A stretch of 64,000 nucleotides of DNA from an uncultured Solirubrobacterales bacterium (lineage in GTDB: Bacteria > Actinomycetota > Thermoleophilia > Solirubrobacterales > Solirubrobacteraceae). Of the stretch, positions 54,542-64,000 are shown in pieces; the stretch's first letter is position 1; each line of letters begins with the position of its first letter. The DNA lies in the NCBI GenBank assembly GCA_963768015.1, contig CAVYGK010000015.1:122532-186531 (forward strand). Direction: 5' to 3'. A program made the translations under genes and the position numbers. The notes beneath the pieces are model-generated. The model worked only from the letters and a program-made list of their open reading frames with translations. It did not search any database and had not been told where the DNA came from.

Positions 54542-55369
54542 TTAGGCGGTCGCCGCCAGCGCGGGCAGCCCATCGCTCCTGCGCTCGCCGCTTTCGAGCT
54601 CGCGGAATGACGGGACCGCAAGCGGCGTCTGCCCGTGCGTGGCGAAACGCTCCGAGAGGATCGTCCGCAGCACACGCAAGCCGTCGCGAACCGGGTGCAG
54701 CTTGCTGACGCCGTGGATCCGCTCGCGCTCGAGACTCGGCACTTCAGTGACGTTCAGGCCGGCCTTGGCGACGCGTACGTTGATCAGCGTCTCAACCTCG
54801 AATCCGGCGCAGTCGACGTTGATCGTCGGCAGGACGTCGGACCAGAAGGCGTTGTAGCCGTAGCAGAGGTCGCTGTAGTCGGTGCCAAAGAGCACGTTCA
54901 CCGTCCCATTGAGGAAGCGATTCCCTAGACCCCGGAACGGGGTGATGTCAACGCTGCCCCCGCCGTCGGTGAATCGGGAACCCTTGGCGAAGTCCGCGCC
55001 GTGGAACAGCGCGTTGACGTAGGCCGGGATCTCCTGTGGATCGGTCGAGCCGTCGGCGTCGAGCATCACGATGATGTCGCCCCTCGCGGCCGCAAAGCCG
55101 CACGCGAGCGCGTTGCCCTTGCCCTTGCCGTCCTGTAGCACGACCCGGACGTCCGGGCACAGCTCTTTCGCCATCTCGATCGTGTCGTCGGTCGAGTGCC
55201 CGTCGACAAGGATGATCTCGAACAGCTCCTCGTACGGCAGCCGCGCGAACACGTGCGGGAGGTTCGCCGCCTCGTTGAGAGTCGGGATCACGACGCTCAC
55301 TCGTGTGCGTGAGCGCGGCGGCCGGCGGATCTGATGGGTTTTCGTCGGTGAGTTAAGCATCGAAGACAT
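54542..55369 (-). CDS. DPM-synthase-like GT2 (polyprenyl-phosphate glycosyltransferase)
   Basis: VVIPTLNEA, VDGHSTD, GKGNAL, DADGS, KGSRF, DLCYGY, GFEVE; RBS AGGGGG. Confidence 0.9.
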   Translation of the reverse strand: MSSMLNSPTKTHQIRRPPRSRTRVSVVIPTLNEAANLPHVFARLPYEELFEIILVDGHSTDDTIEMAKELCPDVRVVLQDGKGKGNALACGFAAARGDIIVMLDADGSTDPQEIPAYVNALFHGADFAKGSRFTDGGGSVDITPFRGLGNRFLNGTVNVLFGTDYSDLCYGYNAFWSDVLPTINVDCAGFEVETLINVRVAKAGLNVTEVPSLERERIHGVSKLHPVRDGLRVLRTILSERFATHGQTPLAVPSFRELESGERRSDGLPALAATA

Positions 55370-55494
55370 GTAGCCCCCTGTGGACGGCATTTCGCTGCCG
55401 CGCGGCCCTTGGGAGCGAGTCATTCGCATGCTCCGGAGCAATGGCACGGTTCTCTAGTCACAATTAGTGTCGGCGTGCCACAACCAGGGCTGCA

Positions 55495-55510
55495 TGACCC
55501 ATCTGGGTCA
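55495..55510. promoter_or_regulatory. 7-2-7 inverted repeat, candidate LuxR-family operator
   Basis: TGACCCA-TC-TGGGTCA just upstream of TTGACC-18-CACACT. Confidence 0.55.
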
Positions 55511-55557
55511 CATATGCAGGGTTGACCCAACGCCCGTGCGAGCGTCACACTCCCCGC

Positions 55558-56139
55558 GTGCCCGGACTGGCGTCCTTCAGCCGTGAGATCCCATCCGCGC
55601 TCGAGATGATCAACGTCCCGAGCTACATCCTCGACTCAAGCGGCGTGGTGCTCTGGGTCAACTCGGCAGCGACACGACGGACGGGCGATGTTCGGGGCCA
55701 TCGCTTCGCGTCGATCGTGGCTCGGGAGGACCGGCGGCGTGCACGCGAGCTGTTTGCCCGCAAGCTGGCCGGCACGGCATCGGCCACCGACGACGCGTTC
55801 GTTCTCCTCGATATCGACGGCAACCGCGTCGGCGTCGAGTTGAGCTCGGTTCCGCTCGTTCGCGGAGGCCGGGTGGTCGGCGTATTCGGACAGATTAGGC
55901 AGGAATACCGAGAGTTGCCTGCCGCGCCGGACCCACGTCTCACCCCGCGCCAGGCGGAGGTCCTGCGGATGCTCGAGCGTGGACGCTCGACCCAGCAGAT
56001 CGCTCACGATCTCAGTCTCAGCCCCGAGACTGTGCGCAACCACGTGCGCCACGTACTGAGTGCCCTCGGCGTCCATTCGAGGCTCGAGGCCGTGGCGCGA
56101 GCCCGGCGTGAACGGCCGATCGCCAGCGAGCCCGCCTAA
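55558..56139 (+). CDS. PAS-LuxR transcriptional regulator
   Basis: PAS (ILDSSGVVLWVN) plus LTPRQAEVL...SPETVRNHVRHVLSALGVHSRLEAV. Confidence 0.88.
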   Translation: MPGLASFSREIPSALEMINVPSYILDSSGVVLWVNSAATRRTGDVRGHRFASIVAREDRRRARELFARKLAGTASATDDAFVLLDIDGNRVGVELSSVPLVRGGRVVGVFGQIRQEYRELPAAPDPRLTPRQAEVLRMLERGRSTQQIAHDLSLSPETVRNHVRHVLSALGVHSRLEAVARARRERPIASEPA

Positions 56140-56168
56140 GCCGCCGCCGACCGCACGCTCGAAAAGGC

Positions 56169-57389
56169 TCAGCGCGGGACGCGGCCGCCGGCCGCACCCG
56201 GCTCGCTCGCCGGCCCGTGCGGCGCGGCGATCCCGAGCACGCGCATCGCCTTGAGCCCGAGCGACAGCTTCTCGCGCCCGTCGGTCGAGGAGACATCGAG
56301 TCCGGTCAGCTCGCGCACGCGCTCGAAGCGGTAACGGATCGTGTGGCGGTGAGTGATCAGTCGCGAGGCGGTCGCATTGACGTTCGCGTCGCATTCGAGA
56401 AATGTCGCCAACGTGCCGAGCAGGTCCGTCTCGTACTGCTCGTCATAGGCGACCAGCGGCCGGACCGTGTCGTCGTAGAAGCGCTTGAGCTCGGCGGGAT
56501 CGCTCATATACGGGAGCAGCAGCTGGTAGGTGCCGGTCTCCGCGTAGGCCAGCTCGGTGCGCTCGGCGTCGCCCTCGGCGACGTTGAGCGCCAGCAGCGC
56601 CTCGTTGAACGCGCGCTGGAGATCGAGCGGGTCCTCGACGCGGCGGCTGCGGCCGAGCGCAAACGAGAAGCCCGCCAACCCCGCCTCGAGCTCACGCAGC
56701 ATCGCCGCCGAAACGCGCCGGCCGGCCTCGCCATCGGCATCCGGCAGCAGGACCACGACCTCACCGGCGTCGGCCTCGGTCGGCGCGGCGATCGCGCCGG
56801 GGGCGATCGAGCGCGCCCCGCGCGCGGCCACGGCCAGCAGCCGGCGGCGCCAGTCGTCCTCGGTCGGGTTGCGTGCGTGGGCGCGAACGACGGCGACCGA
56901 GGCGCCGAGCGACAGGTCGGTACCGAGCTCCTTGCCCCGCGCGAGCAGATCGCTGCGGTCCTCGATTCGCCGCGACAGGACCGCCCGTTGAAAGGTCGTC
57001 GCGGCCTCCTGTGAGGCACGTTCCGGGGCGCGCACACGCTCGACCTCGGACGCGATCAGGGTCGTGACCAGCCTGAGCAGGGCACCATCAGGGGTGCGGT
57101 CGCGGGTCCGCATCCGCAGCTGGCCGACGGACGCGTCGGCGACCTTGAGCTCGACCGTCGAGACGTCGTCGGCGTCGCGCATCAGCGAGCGCTCGTCGGC
57201 CGGTGAGCGCGCGGCGACCGCGAGCACGGTCGCCGACCGGTCGATCAGGATCAGGCTGGCATCGAGCGCCCGCGCCGCGGCGCGCAGGATCTCGGGCAGG
57301 CCGGCGCCAGCCTCGACCGCGTCGGTGATCGCGGCGAAGGCATCGAGGTCCGGTGCATGGACGCCACTGCGCTCAGCGCTGCCGGCCAA
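56169..57389 (-). CDS. PucR/CdaR family regulator
   Basis: LVAYDEQYETDLLGTL...NVNATASRLITHRHTIRYR. Confidence 0.9.
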   Translation of the reverse strand: MAGSAERSGVHAPDLDAFAAITDAVEAGAGLPEILRAAARALDASLILIDRSATVLAVAARSPADERSLMRDADDVSTVELKVADASVGQLRMRTRDRTPDGALLRLVTTLIASEVERVRAPERASQEAATTFQRAVLSRRIEDRSDLLARGKELGTDLSLGASVAVVRAHARNPTEDDWRRRLLAVAARGARSIAPGAIAAPTEADAGEVVVLLPDADGEAGRRVSAAMLRELEAGLAGFSFALGRSRRVEDPLDLQRAFNEALLALNVAEGDAERTELAYAETGTYQLLLPYMSDPAELKRFYDDTVRPLVAYDEQYETDLLGTLATFLECDANVNATASRLITHRHTIRYRFERVRELTGLDVSSTDGREKLSLGLKAMRVLGIAAPHGPASEPGAAGGRVPR

Positions 57390-57399
57390 ACCGCTCCCG

Positions 57400-57621
57400 T
57401 CAGAAGAGCCGCGGCCACTCGATGATGATCAGCGCGCCGAGCAGGATGCCGATACCCACGAACGCGGCGAGCACGTAGAGCGACAACACCACGGCGGCCG
57501 CTCGCTCATAGATCCGCCGATAAGAGGTGACCGCTGGTGCCAGCACGAACGTGCAGAAGATGACGAGACCGAAGACGCCCGCGCATGCACCGACCAGGTA
57601 GGTGACCGACGTGTTGCTCAT
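57400..57621 (-). CDS. Small membrane protein
   Basis: 73 aa with two TM helices. Confidence 0.65.
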   Translation of the reverse strand: MSNTSVTYLVGACAGVFGLVIFCTFVLAPAVTSYRRIYERAAAVVLSLYVLAAFVGIGILLGALIIIEWPRLF

Positions 57622-57741
57622 TGCTCAAACAAATTGTGCCCGAAGCGGACGATGCCCGGGAGCGTACGGATCGTGGCGCCGCAATTTGCGGGAATCGGGC
57701 ACCTGTTCGCCACCGGTGCGCGGTCCCCTCTCTGCGAACAC

Positions 57742-58635
57742 TCAGCCGTTCGAATCGACGGCGAGATCAGCGCGCCGGACCGGCCGCACCGCGGCGGCAC
57801 CCGCGAACCGGGGCGCGAGGCGCGCACGCGCGGCTTCGACCCGGGCGGTCGCGTCCTGACCCCAGCAGATCCCGATCACGGTCGGGCCCGAGCCGCATAC
57901 GATCGCGCGCTCGCAGCCGGCCTCGAGCGCGGCCTCGAGCGCGACGCCGAGCGCAGGCGCCAGTGACAGCGAGGCCTGCTCGAGGTCGTTGACGAGCAGG
58001 TGATCGGGCAGCTGAAATTCGGCCACCAGGGAGGACTCGAGTTCGGCGCGCAGGGCGTCGAGCTCGGCGGCGGTGCGAGCGAGACCCAGCGCGTCGGCTT
58101 CGCGATAGACGTCGGCGGTCGAGAGACCGAACGACTGCGGCAGGATCAGGAGCGCGTGCTCGGCGAGATCGGGCAGCGGGCGTACGCGGTCGCCGGCAGC
58201 GGTGCCGAACGAGGGACCCGGATTGAGTTGGGCTGGTACGTCGGCGCCGAGCGAGCGGGCGACCTCGTCGACGGTCACGGTGGAGACGGCGGCAAGCGTG
58301 GGTGCACGGCGTAGCAGCGCGGCGGCGTCGGCCGACCCGCCCCCCATTCCGGCCGCGATCGGGATCCGCTTGTCGATTTCGACGCGCAGCGGTGGCGATC
58401 CCCACCCGGCCGCCCTGAGGCTAGTGATCGCATCGGCGACCAGGTTGGGGCCGGGGACCCCGGGGCAGATGACCGTGTCGGTGCCCGTGGGAGAGGGAAC
58501 CCCGATCACCAGCTCGTCGGCGAGCGTGACCGACTCGAACACGGTCACCAGCTCGTGTCGCCCGTCGTCGCGCCGACCGCCCAGCAGCAGACACAGGTTG
58601 ATCTTCGCGTATGCGCGTTCGTCGATCAGTGGCAT
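57742..58635 (-). CDS. ispE: 4-diphosphocytidyl-2-C-methyl-D-erythritol kinase
   Basis: AKINL, KRIPIAAGMGGGSADAAA, LGADVP, NDLE, GSGPT. Confidence 0.95.
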   Translation of the reverse strand: MPLIDERAYAKINLCLLLGGRRDDGRHELVTVFESVTLADELVIGVPSPTGTDTVICPGVPGPNLVADAITSLRAAGWGSPPLRVEIDKRIPIAAGMGGGSADAAALLRRAPTLAAVSTVTVDEVARSLGADVPAQLNPGPSFGTAAGDRVRPLPDLAEHALLILPQSFGLSTADVYREADALGLARTAAELDALRAELESSLVAEFQLPDHLLVNDLEQASLSLAPALGVALEAALEAGCERAIVCGSGPTVIGICWGQDATARVEAARARLAPRFAGAAAVRPVRRADLAVDSNG

Positions 58636-59405
58636 CAGCCGATCCGCTGTGCCAGTTCCCTGAACTCTTCCGGCGCGAGCCGCTCGGCGCGCTCGTCGGC
58701 CGGGTGACCGAGCGCGACCAATGCCGCCCGGGCGCGATCGCGAGCCTTGCCGGTCAGCCCCAGCGAGCCCGTCAGCGTCTTGCGGCGGTGTGCGAACGCG
58801 CCGTGCACGAGCGCGCTCAGCGTCGGATCCGCGGCCGGCCCGACGCGCCGCAGCCCCAGCAGCACGCTGTCGACGTTCGGCACCGGCCGGAACACGGTCC
58901 GCGCGACCGGCCGCAGGACCTTGACCTCGCACGCGAGCTGGGCCAGCACGCTCGGGACACCGTACGCCGCGGTCCCGGGCGCGGCGGCGAACCGTTCGCC
59001 GACCTCGCGCTGAACCATCACGACCCACTGCTCGACGCTCGGCAGCTCGTCGATCGTCCGCAGGATCACGGTCGCGGCGACGCCATACGGGAGATTGGCG
59101 ATGACCTTGTCGGGCGCCGGTGTCAGCGCCTGCAAGTCGATCGTCAGCGCGTCGTCGATATGCAGCGCGGCGTTCGAGCGCGGCCCCAGGACCTCGCGCA
59201 GCCCCTCCTCGAGCCGTCCGTCGACCTCGACCACGTGCACGAACCCGGCGCGGGCGGCGAGCCGCTCCGACAGCACTCCGAGCCCGCCGCCGATCTCGAG
59301 CACGACGTCGTCACCCGAGAGCGCGGCCAGCCGCTCGATCACGTCGAGGATGTTGCGATCGACGAGGAAGTTCTGGCCCAGCTCGCGCTGGCGCGCGCTC
59401 ACCAT
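58635..59405 (-). CDS. rsmA: 16S rRNA dimethyladenosine transferase
   Basis: LGQNFL, LEIGGGLG, ANLPY, MVQREV, FRPVPNVDS. Confidence 0.95.
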   Translation of the reverse strand: MVSARQRELGQNFLVDRNILDVIERLAALSGDDVVLEIGGGLGVLSERLAARAGFVHVVEVDGRLEEGLREVLGPRSNAALHIDDALTIDLQALTPAPDKVIANLPYGVAATVILRTIDELPSVEQWVVMVQREVGERFAAAPGTAAYGVPSVLAQLACEVKVLRPVARTVFRPVPNVDSVLLGLRRVGPAADPTLSALVHGAFAHRRKTLTGSLGLTGKARDRARAALVALGHPADERAERLAPEEFRELAQRIG

Positions 59406-60151
59406 CCGAACAGGGCCGCGGCGCTGTCCTCGATCGAGCGCTCGAGCTCGGCGTAGGAGACGCGCCGCTCTAGCGCCAGCACCTCGGCGGTCGCGACCAC
59501 GTTGGCCGGCTGGTTGGGCTTGCCGCGGACTGGCTGTGGTGAGAGGTAGGGCGCGTCGGTCTCGACCAGCAGCCGGCCGGCTGGGATCGCGATCGCCGCC
59601 TCGCGCAGATCCTGAGCCTTCGGGTAGGTGGCGTTGCCCGCGAACGAGAACCACCACTGATCGTGGGCCAGGCATTCGCGCACGCGGCCGGCCATCGAGA
59701 AGCAGTGCAGGATCACACGCAGGCCGTCGGCGTGCGCGCCGAGCGTCGCGAGCGTGTCGTCGTCGGCGGCGCGGGTGTGGATCACTAGCGGCTTGCCGGT
59801 CGCGCGGGCGAGCTCGATCTGTGCTTCGAACGCGCGCTGCTGGTCCTCGCGCGGGGAGTAGTCGCGGTAGTAGTCCAACCCGGTCTCGCCGATCGCGATG
59901 CACTTGTCGTGACTGGCGAGCGCCTCGAGCTCGGCGAAATCGGCGTCGTCGAAGCCGGTCGCCTCGCTCGGGTGGCGCCCGATCGCGGCGTAGACCTGAG
60001 GGAAGTCCTCGGCCGCGGCGAGCGCCGCGCGGCACGAGGCGCCGTCGGTTCCGACGGTCAGGATCCGGGTCACGCCGGCCGCTTCGGCGGCGGCGACGAG
60101 CTCGGCGACAGGGGGCTCGCACGCATCGAGGTGGGTGTGGCTGTCGATCAT
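59399..60151 (-). CDS. tatD: TatD family hydrolase
   Basis: [28 protein letters not shown]. Confidence 0.95.
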   Translation of the reverse strand: MIDSHTHLDACEPPVAELVAAAEAAGVTRILTVGTDGASCRAALAAAEDFPQVYAAIGRHPSEATGFDDADFAELEALASHDKCIAIGETGLDYYRDYSPREDQQRAFEAQIELARATGKPLVIHTRAADDDTLATLGAHADGLRVILHCFSMAGRVRECLAHDQWWFSFAGNATYPKAQDLREAAIAIPAGRLLVETDAPYLSPQPVRGKPNQPANVVATAEVLALERRVSYAELERSIEDSAAALFGW

Positions 60152-61656
60152 CCGCGCTTGGGAAACAGCGGCTCGAGCGACGGCGTGATCGTGCGCCCGC
60201 CGCCGGTCGCCGCGAGCGCTGCGCGGTCGAGCGAGAGCTCCGGGGCCGACAGCGCCGCGAGCAGCCGGTCCGTGGTGGCCGGTATGTAGGGGTGCAAGAG
60301 CACCGTCAGCGCCCGCAATGCCTCGGCCAGCGAAGCGAGCGTCTCGTCGAGGCGATCGGCATCGGCGGGGTCACGGGCGAGCTGCCACGGGGCGCGCTCC
60401 TCGACGTAGCGGTTACAGCGGCGCACGCGCGCCCAGATCAGTTCGAGCGCCGTGGTCACGTCGGCGCCATCGAGCAGCTCACAGACGTGCTCATCCAGCC
60501 CGTCGAACTCGGCCGCGAGCACGGGGTCGAGCCCGACGTCCGGGATCACGCCGTCGCGATAGCGGTTGATCATCGCGATCGTGCGACTGGCGAGGTTGCC
60601 GTACTCGTTGGCAAGCTCGCTGTCGTAGCGTGAGCGGACGGCGTCCATCCCGACCGCGCCGTCGCCGCCGAACGACACGTCACGCATCAGGTAGAAGCGC
60701 AATGTGTCGGCGCCGTACTGATCGATCACCTCAAACGGATCGAGCACGTTGCCGAGCGACTTGCTCATCTTGCGTCCGTCGGAACCGAGCAGGAAGCCGT
60801 GCACGAAGACGTGCTCGGGGACCGCGAGGCCGGCGGCCATCAGGATCGCCGGCCAGAAGACGGTATGGAACTTGAGGATGTCCTTGCCGATGATGTGGTA
60901 CGTCGCCGGCCAGAAGCGATCCGTCAGGTCCTCGCCGGGGCGGGCATAGCCGAGCGCCGTGTAGTAGTTGAGCAGCGCGTCGAACCAGACGTAGAAGACG
61001 TGGTCCGGATCCCACGGGACCGTGACGCCCCACTTGAGCCGATGGCGTGACAGCGAGATGTCCTGGAGGCCCGAGGTGACGAACGACAGCGCCTCGTTGT
61101 AGCGCGCCGGCGGCATCACGAAGTCGGGCCGCTCGGCGTACAGGCGCTCGATCCGCTGCTGGAACCGCGACAGCGCAAAGAACCAGTTCTCCTCCTCGTG
61201 CCGCTCGAGCACGATCTCGTGGATCGGGCAGCGGTTGCCCTCGAGGATCTCGTTCTCGACCTTGAAGTCGGCGCAGCGCGGGCAGTACCAGCCCTCGTAG
61301 ATCCCCTTGTACGTGTAGCCGTTGTCGTGCACGCGCTGCAGCACCTCCTGGACGCGGCGCTTGTGCTCCTCGTCGGTGGTACGGATGAAGAAGTCGTTGG
61401 AGGCTTCGAGCTGCGGCGCCAGCGCCTTGAACCGCTCGGCGTTGCGGTCCGCGAGCACCTGCGGCTCGAGCCCCTGGGCGCGCGCGGCGTCGGCGACCGG
61501 CTCGCCGTGCTCGTCGGTGCCGGTGAGGAAGAACACGTCCTCGCCGCGCTGACGCTGATGACGCGCTAGCACGTCGGCGGCGATCGTCGTATACGCGTGG
61601 CCGAGGTGCGGCTGCGCGTTGACGTAGTAGATCGGGGTTGTGACGTAGAAGGACAC
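60148..61656 (-). CDS. metG: Methionine--tRNA ligase
   Basis: TTPIYY...[30 protein letters not shown]. Confidence 0.97.
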   Translation of the reverse strand: MSFYVTTPIYYVNAQPHLGHAYTTIAADVLARHQRQRGEDVFFLTGTDEHGEPVADAARAQGLEPQVLADRNAERFKALAPQLEASNDFFIRTTDEEHKRRVQEVLQRVHDNGYTYKGIYEGWYCPRCADFKVENEILEGNRCPIHEIVLERHEEENWFFALSRFQQRIERLYAERPDFVMPPARYNEALSFVTSGLQDISLSRHRLKWGVTVPWDPDHVFYVWFDALLNYYTALGYARPGEDLTDRFWPATYHIIGKDILKFHTVFWPAILMAAGLAVPEHVFVHGFLLGSDGRKMSKSLGNVLDPFEVIDQYGADTLRFYLMRDVSFGGDGAVGMDAVRSRYDSELANEYGNLASRTIAMINRYRDGVIPDVGLDPVLAAEFDGLDEHVCELLDGADVTTALELIWARVRRCNRYVEERAPWQLARDPADADRLDETLASLAEALRALTVLLHPYIPATTDRLLAALSAPELSLDRAALAATGGGRTITPSLEPLFPKRG

Positions 61657-61682
61657 TGTCTCTCAAGGCTATCCTGCAACTC

Positions 61683-63170
61683 GTGAGCTCTACTCGGGCG
61701 TCCACCCGACTGCTGGAGAACTACATCGCCGGACGCTGGACGCCGGCGACCGACGCGACCGGGGAGCTCGACGTCACGAACCCGGCGACCGGCGAGACGC
61801 TCGCGCGGGTGCCACTGTCGGGCGCGGCAGATCTGGATGCGGCGGTGCGTGCCGCCCGCGAAGCGTTGCCGGAGTGGCGCGCGGTATCGACGATCGCACG
61901 GGCGCGCAAGCTGTTCGAGCTGCGCGAGCGACTGACCGCGCGCGCCGACGAGCTCGCGATCTCTGTCACCACTGAGATGGGCAAGACGCTCGTGGACGCG
62001 CGCGCCGAGGTGGCCAGGATGATCGAGATGGTCGAGGCCGCGTGCGCGATCCCGACGACGATGCAGGGGCGGATCCTCGAGGACGTGTCGCGCAACATCG
62101 ACGCCGAGACTGTCCGTCAGCCGGTCGGAGTGTGCGCGGCGATCGTCCCGTTCAACTTCCCGGCGATGGTCCCGTTCTGGTTTCTGCCGTTCGCGATCGC
62201 GTGTGGGAACACGTTCGTGCTCAAACCGTCCGAGCAGGTGCCGATGACGCAGCAGCTCGCGTTCGAGGAGCTCGACGCGCTCGAACTGCCGGCCGGCGTC
62301 GTCAACCTGGTCAACGGCGGGCGGGAGGTCGTCGAGGGGATCCTCGACCATCCCGGGATCGACGCGGTCTCGTTCGTCGGTTCGGCGCCGGTCGCGAGGA
62401 TCGTCTACGAGCGGTCGGCGAAGGCGGGGAAGCGTGTGCAGGCGCTCGGTGGGGCGAAGAACCACATGGTTGTGATGCCCGACGCCGTGATCGAGCAGAC
62501 GGTCGACGGGATCATCGGCTCGGCGTTCGGCGCGGCCGGCCAGCGCTGCATGGCTGGGTCCGTGGTGGTGACGGTCGGCGACGCGCACGAGCAGTTGATG
62601 GGGCCGCTGGTCGAGGCGACCCGCGCGCTCAAGGTCGGCGATGGGCTCGACGAGGCAAGCGACGTCGGTCCAGTGATCTCGGAGACGGCGCGCGAGCGCA
62701 TCATCAGCTGGATCGGCCGCAGCGACACGGTGATCGTCGATGGTCGCGACGGGGTTCCGCAGTCGGGGTGCTTCGTCGGGCCGACGATCGTCGAGGTGCA
62801 GCGCGACGATCCGATCGTCGGCGAGGAGGTGTTCGGCCCGGTGCTCGCGGTGGTGCGTGCCAATTCGCTGGACGAGGCGATCGAGATCGTCAACCACAGC
62901 CGCTTCGGCAACGGAACGTCGATTTTCACCGAGTCGGGCGCCTCAGTCCGGCGCTTCCGGCACGAGGTTCAAGTCGGCATGGTGGGAGTCAACATCGGCG
63001 TCGCCGCGCCGGTCGCGTTCTTCCCGTTCAGCGGCTGGAAGGACTCTTTCCTCGGCGACCTGCACGCGCACGGAACCGACGCGGTCGAGTTCTACACGCG
63101 CAAGAAGACCGTCACCAGCCGCTGGTTCTCGAGCGGCCAGGGCAGCGGCGGTTACTTCGTCGAGCGCTGA
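61683..63170 (+). CDS. mmsA: CoA-acylating methylmalonate-semialdehyde dehydrogenase
   Basis: PFNFPAM, KPSE, GGAKNH, AFGAAGQRCMA, EVFGP, FSGWKDSF. Confidence 0.93.
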   Translation: MSSTRASTRLLENYIAGRWTPATDATGELDVTNPATGETLARVPLSGAADLDAAVRAAREALPEWRAVSTIARARKLFELRERLTARADELAISVTTEMGKTLVDARAEVARMIEMVEAACAIPTTMQGRILEDVSRNIDAETVRQPVGVCAAIVPFNFPAMVPFWFLPFAIACGNTFVLKPSEQVPMTQQLAFEELDALELPAGVVNLVNGGREVVEGILDHPGIDAVSFVGSAPVARIVYERSAKAGKRVQALGGAKNHMVVMPDAVIEQTVDGIIGSAFGAAGQRCMAGSVVVTVGDAHEQLMGPLVEATRALKVGDGLDEASDVGPVISETARERIISWIGRSDTVIVDGRDGVPQSGCFVGPTIVEVQRDDPIVGEEVFGPVLAVVRANSLDEAIEIVNHSRFGNGTSIFTESGASVRRFRHEVQVGMVGVNIGVAAPVAFFPFSGWKDSFLGDLHAHGTDAVEFYTRKKTVTSRWFSSGQGSGGYFVER

Positions 63171-63300
63171 CGCCCACGGCGGCGGCGACAAGCGCCCACT
63201 GTGTGTCAGGTTTATGACACTGAAGCGCGCGCGGCTGTAGGGATGGTGAGGTGAATCAAGCATTTTGACCGCGGGCCGCAACTATTTCTCACGCGGCGCC

Positions 63301-63330
63301 TTGACCTCGGGCGTACCCGTTACGTAAGTT
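63301..63330 (+). promoter_or_regulatory. Candidate SigA promoter
   Basis: TTGACC-18 nt-TAAGTT, 200 nt upstream of the GH3-like gene. Confidence 0.5.
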
Positions 63331-63530
63331 CACATCAGGGAGGTAGTGGCCAAGGCCCGGAACGTAACGGCTGGTGGGCCGAGTTTTGGCTGCTCTCTGC
63401 CCTGTCGCTGTCTGCATCCCACCGGCCGATTCGATCGTCTGCGTCGTACATAGGTCATCGCTCCGGGCATACGTGAGCGCACATAGTCGCTGCGTCACCC
63501 GCGAGCTGGGTCACGGTGGGAGGGTTCGAC

Positions 63531-64000
63531 ATGAGGTCTTTGCTGCGATGGGTCGCGATCATGTCAGCGACGGGTGCGGTCACTGCCCTCTTGGGGGGCT
63601 CGGCCGGCGCGGCCGGCGATCCCGCTGCGGCGACGCCCTCGAACATCCCCTACTCGCTGCCCGTGCAGCTTCCATCGACGACAAGCTCTCCTTCGGTGAC
63701 GGCGAACGCTCCCTACACGCCGGTGGTAATGAGCCTCATCTCGCAATTGGAGCCTTCGAACCCACCCACCGAGGCCCAACTGGCCAACGCAAGCCAACTC
63801 TTCCACGGCGGGACCAACGCGACCTGCAACAACGTGGGGCCGACCGCCGCTCCCACCGGGACCAACCCGTCGATCGCGCCGATGTGCTGGACCGACGCCC
63901 AGGGGATCAACACCTTCTCGGGCCCGAATGCGGAGGGGACGACGGGCCCGACAACGTTGATGAACCTGGCGTCCTCGTTTGACCGGACGCTCGCCAACGT
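63531..64000 (+). CDS. Secreted GH3-like glycosidase, N-terminal part (truncated)
   Basis: RBS GGGAGG; signal peptide MRSLLRWVAIMSATGAVTALLGG; CWTDAQG...TTGPTTLMNLASSFDRTLA resembles the GH3 N-terminus. Confidence 0.65.
   Translation, partial: MRSLLRWVAIMSATGAVTALLGGSAGAAGDPAAATPSNIPYSLPVQLPSTTSSPSVTANAPYTPVVMSLISQLEPSNPPTEAQLANASQLFHGGTNATCNNVGPTAAPTGTNPSIAPMCWTDAQGINTFSGPNAEGTTGPTTLMNLASSFDRTLAN

Noticed and set aside
63230-63270. c-di-AMP (ydaO) riboswitch suggested by GTAGGG and GGTGAATC
   Set aside because: The motifs are in the wrong order and the other conserved elements are missing

Overview
GC-rich actinobacterial chromosome segment whose gene content and style suggest Thermoleophilia/Solirubrobacterales (inference). 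It carries the conserved housekeeping backbone metG-tatD-rsmA-ispE ... tRNA-Gln-glmU-prs ... rplY-pth-mfd-prsA-mazG-eno-ftsB, mostly on the minus strand. It also has the start of an mce gene, tRNA-Leu(UAA), a fused ECF sigma factor, selD, an orphan csrA and two glycosylation loci. The first is a GT4/methyltransferase operon divergent from selD (3.7-11.1 kb). The second is a ~20 kb accessory polysaccharide island (35.9-56.1 kb) containing an apparently intact operon, a decayed mirror-image paralogue, and IS21 and group II intron debris. Many single-base frameshifts, including in essential pth and glmU, point to long-read indel errors, so broken genes should be read cautiously. The most notable signals are: a perfect SOS box on a tRNA-linked HNH gene; a 49-bp triplicated stop/start junction forming a relay of coupled mini-ORFs; 225-bp near-identical inverted repeats that could flip the polysaccharide operon; a zinc-ribbon rhomboid pseudoprotease; and selD sharing a 22-bp divergent intergenic with a GT/methyltransferase operon. 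All product calls come from motif recognition by eye; no database searches were run.
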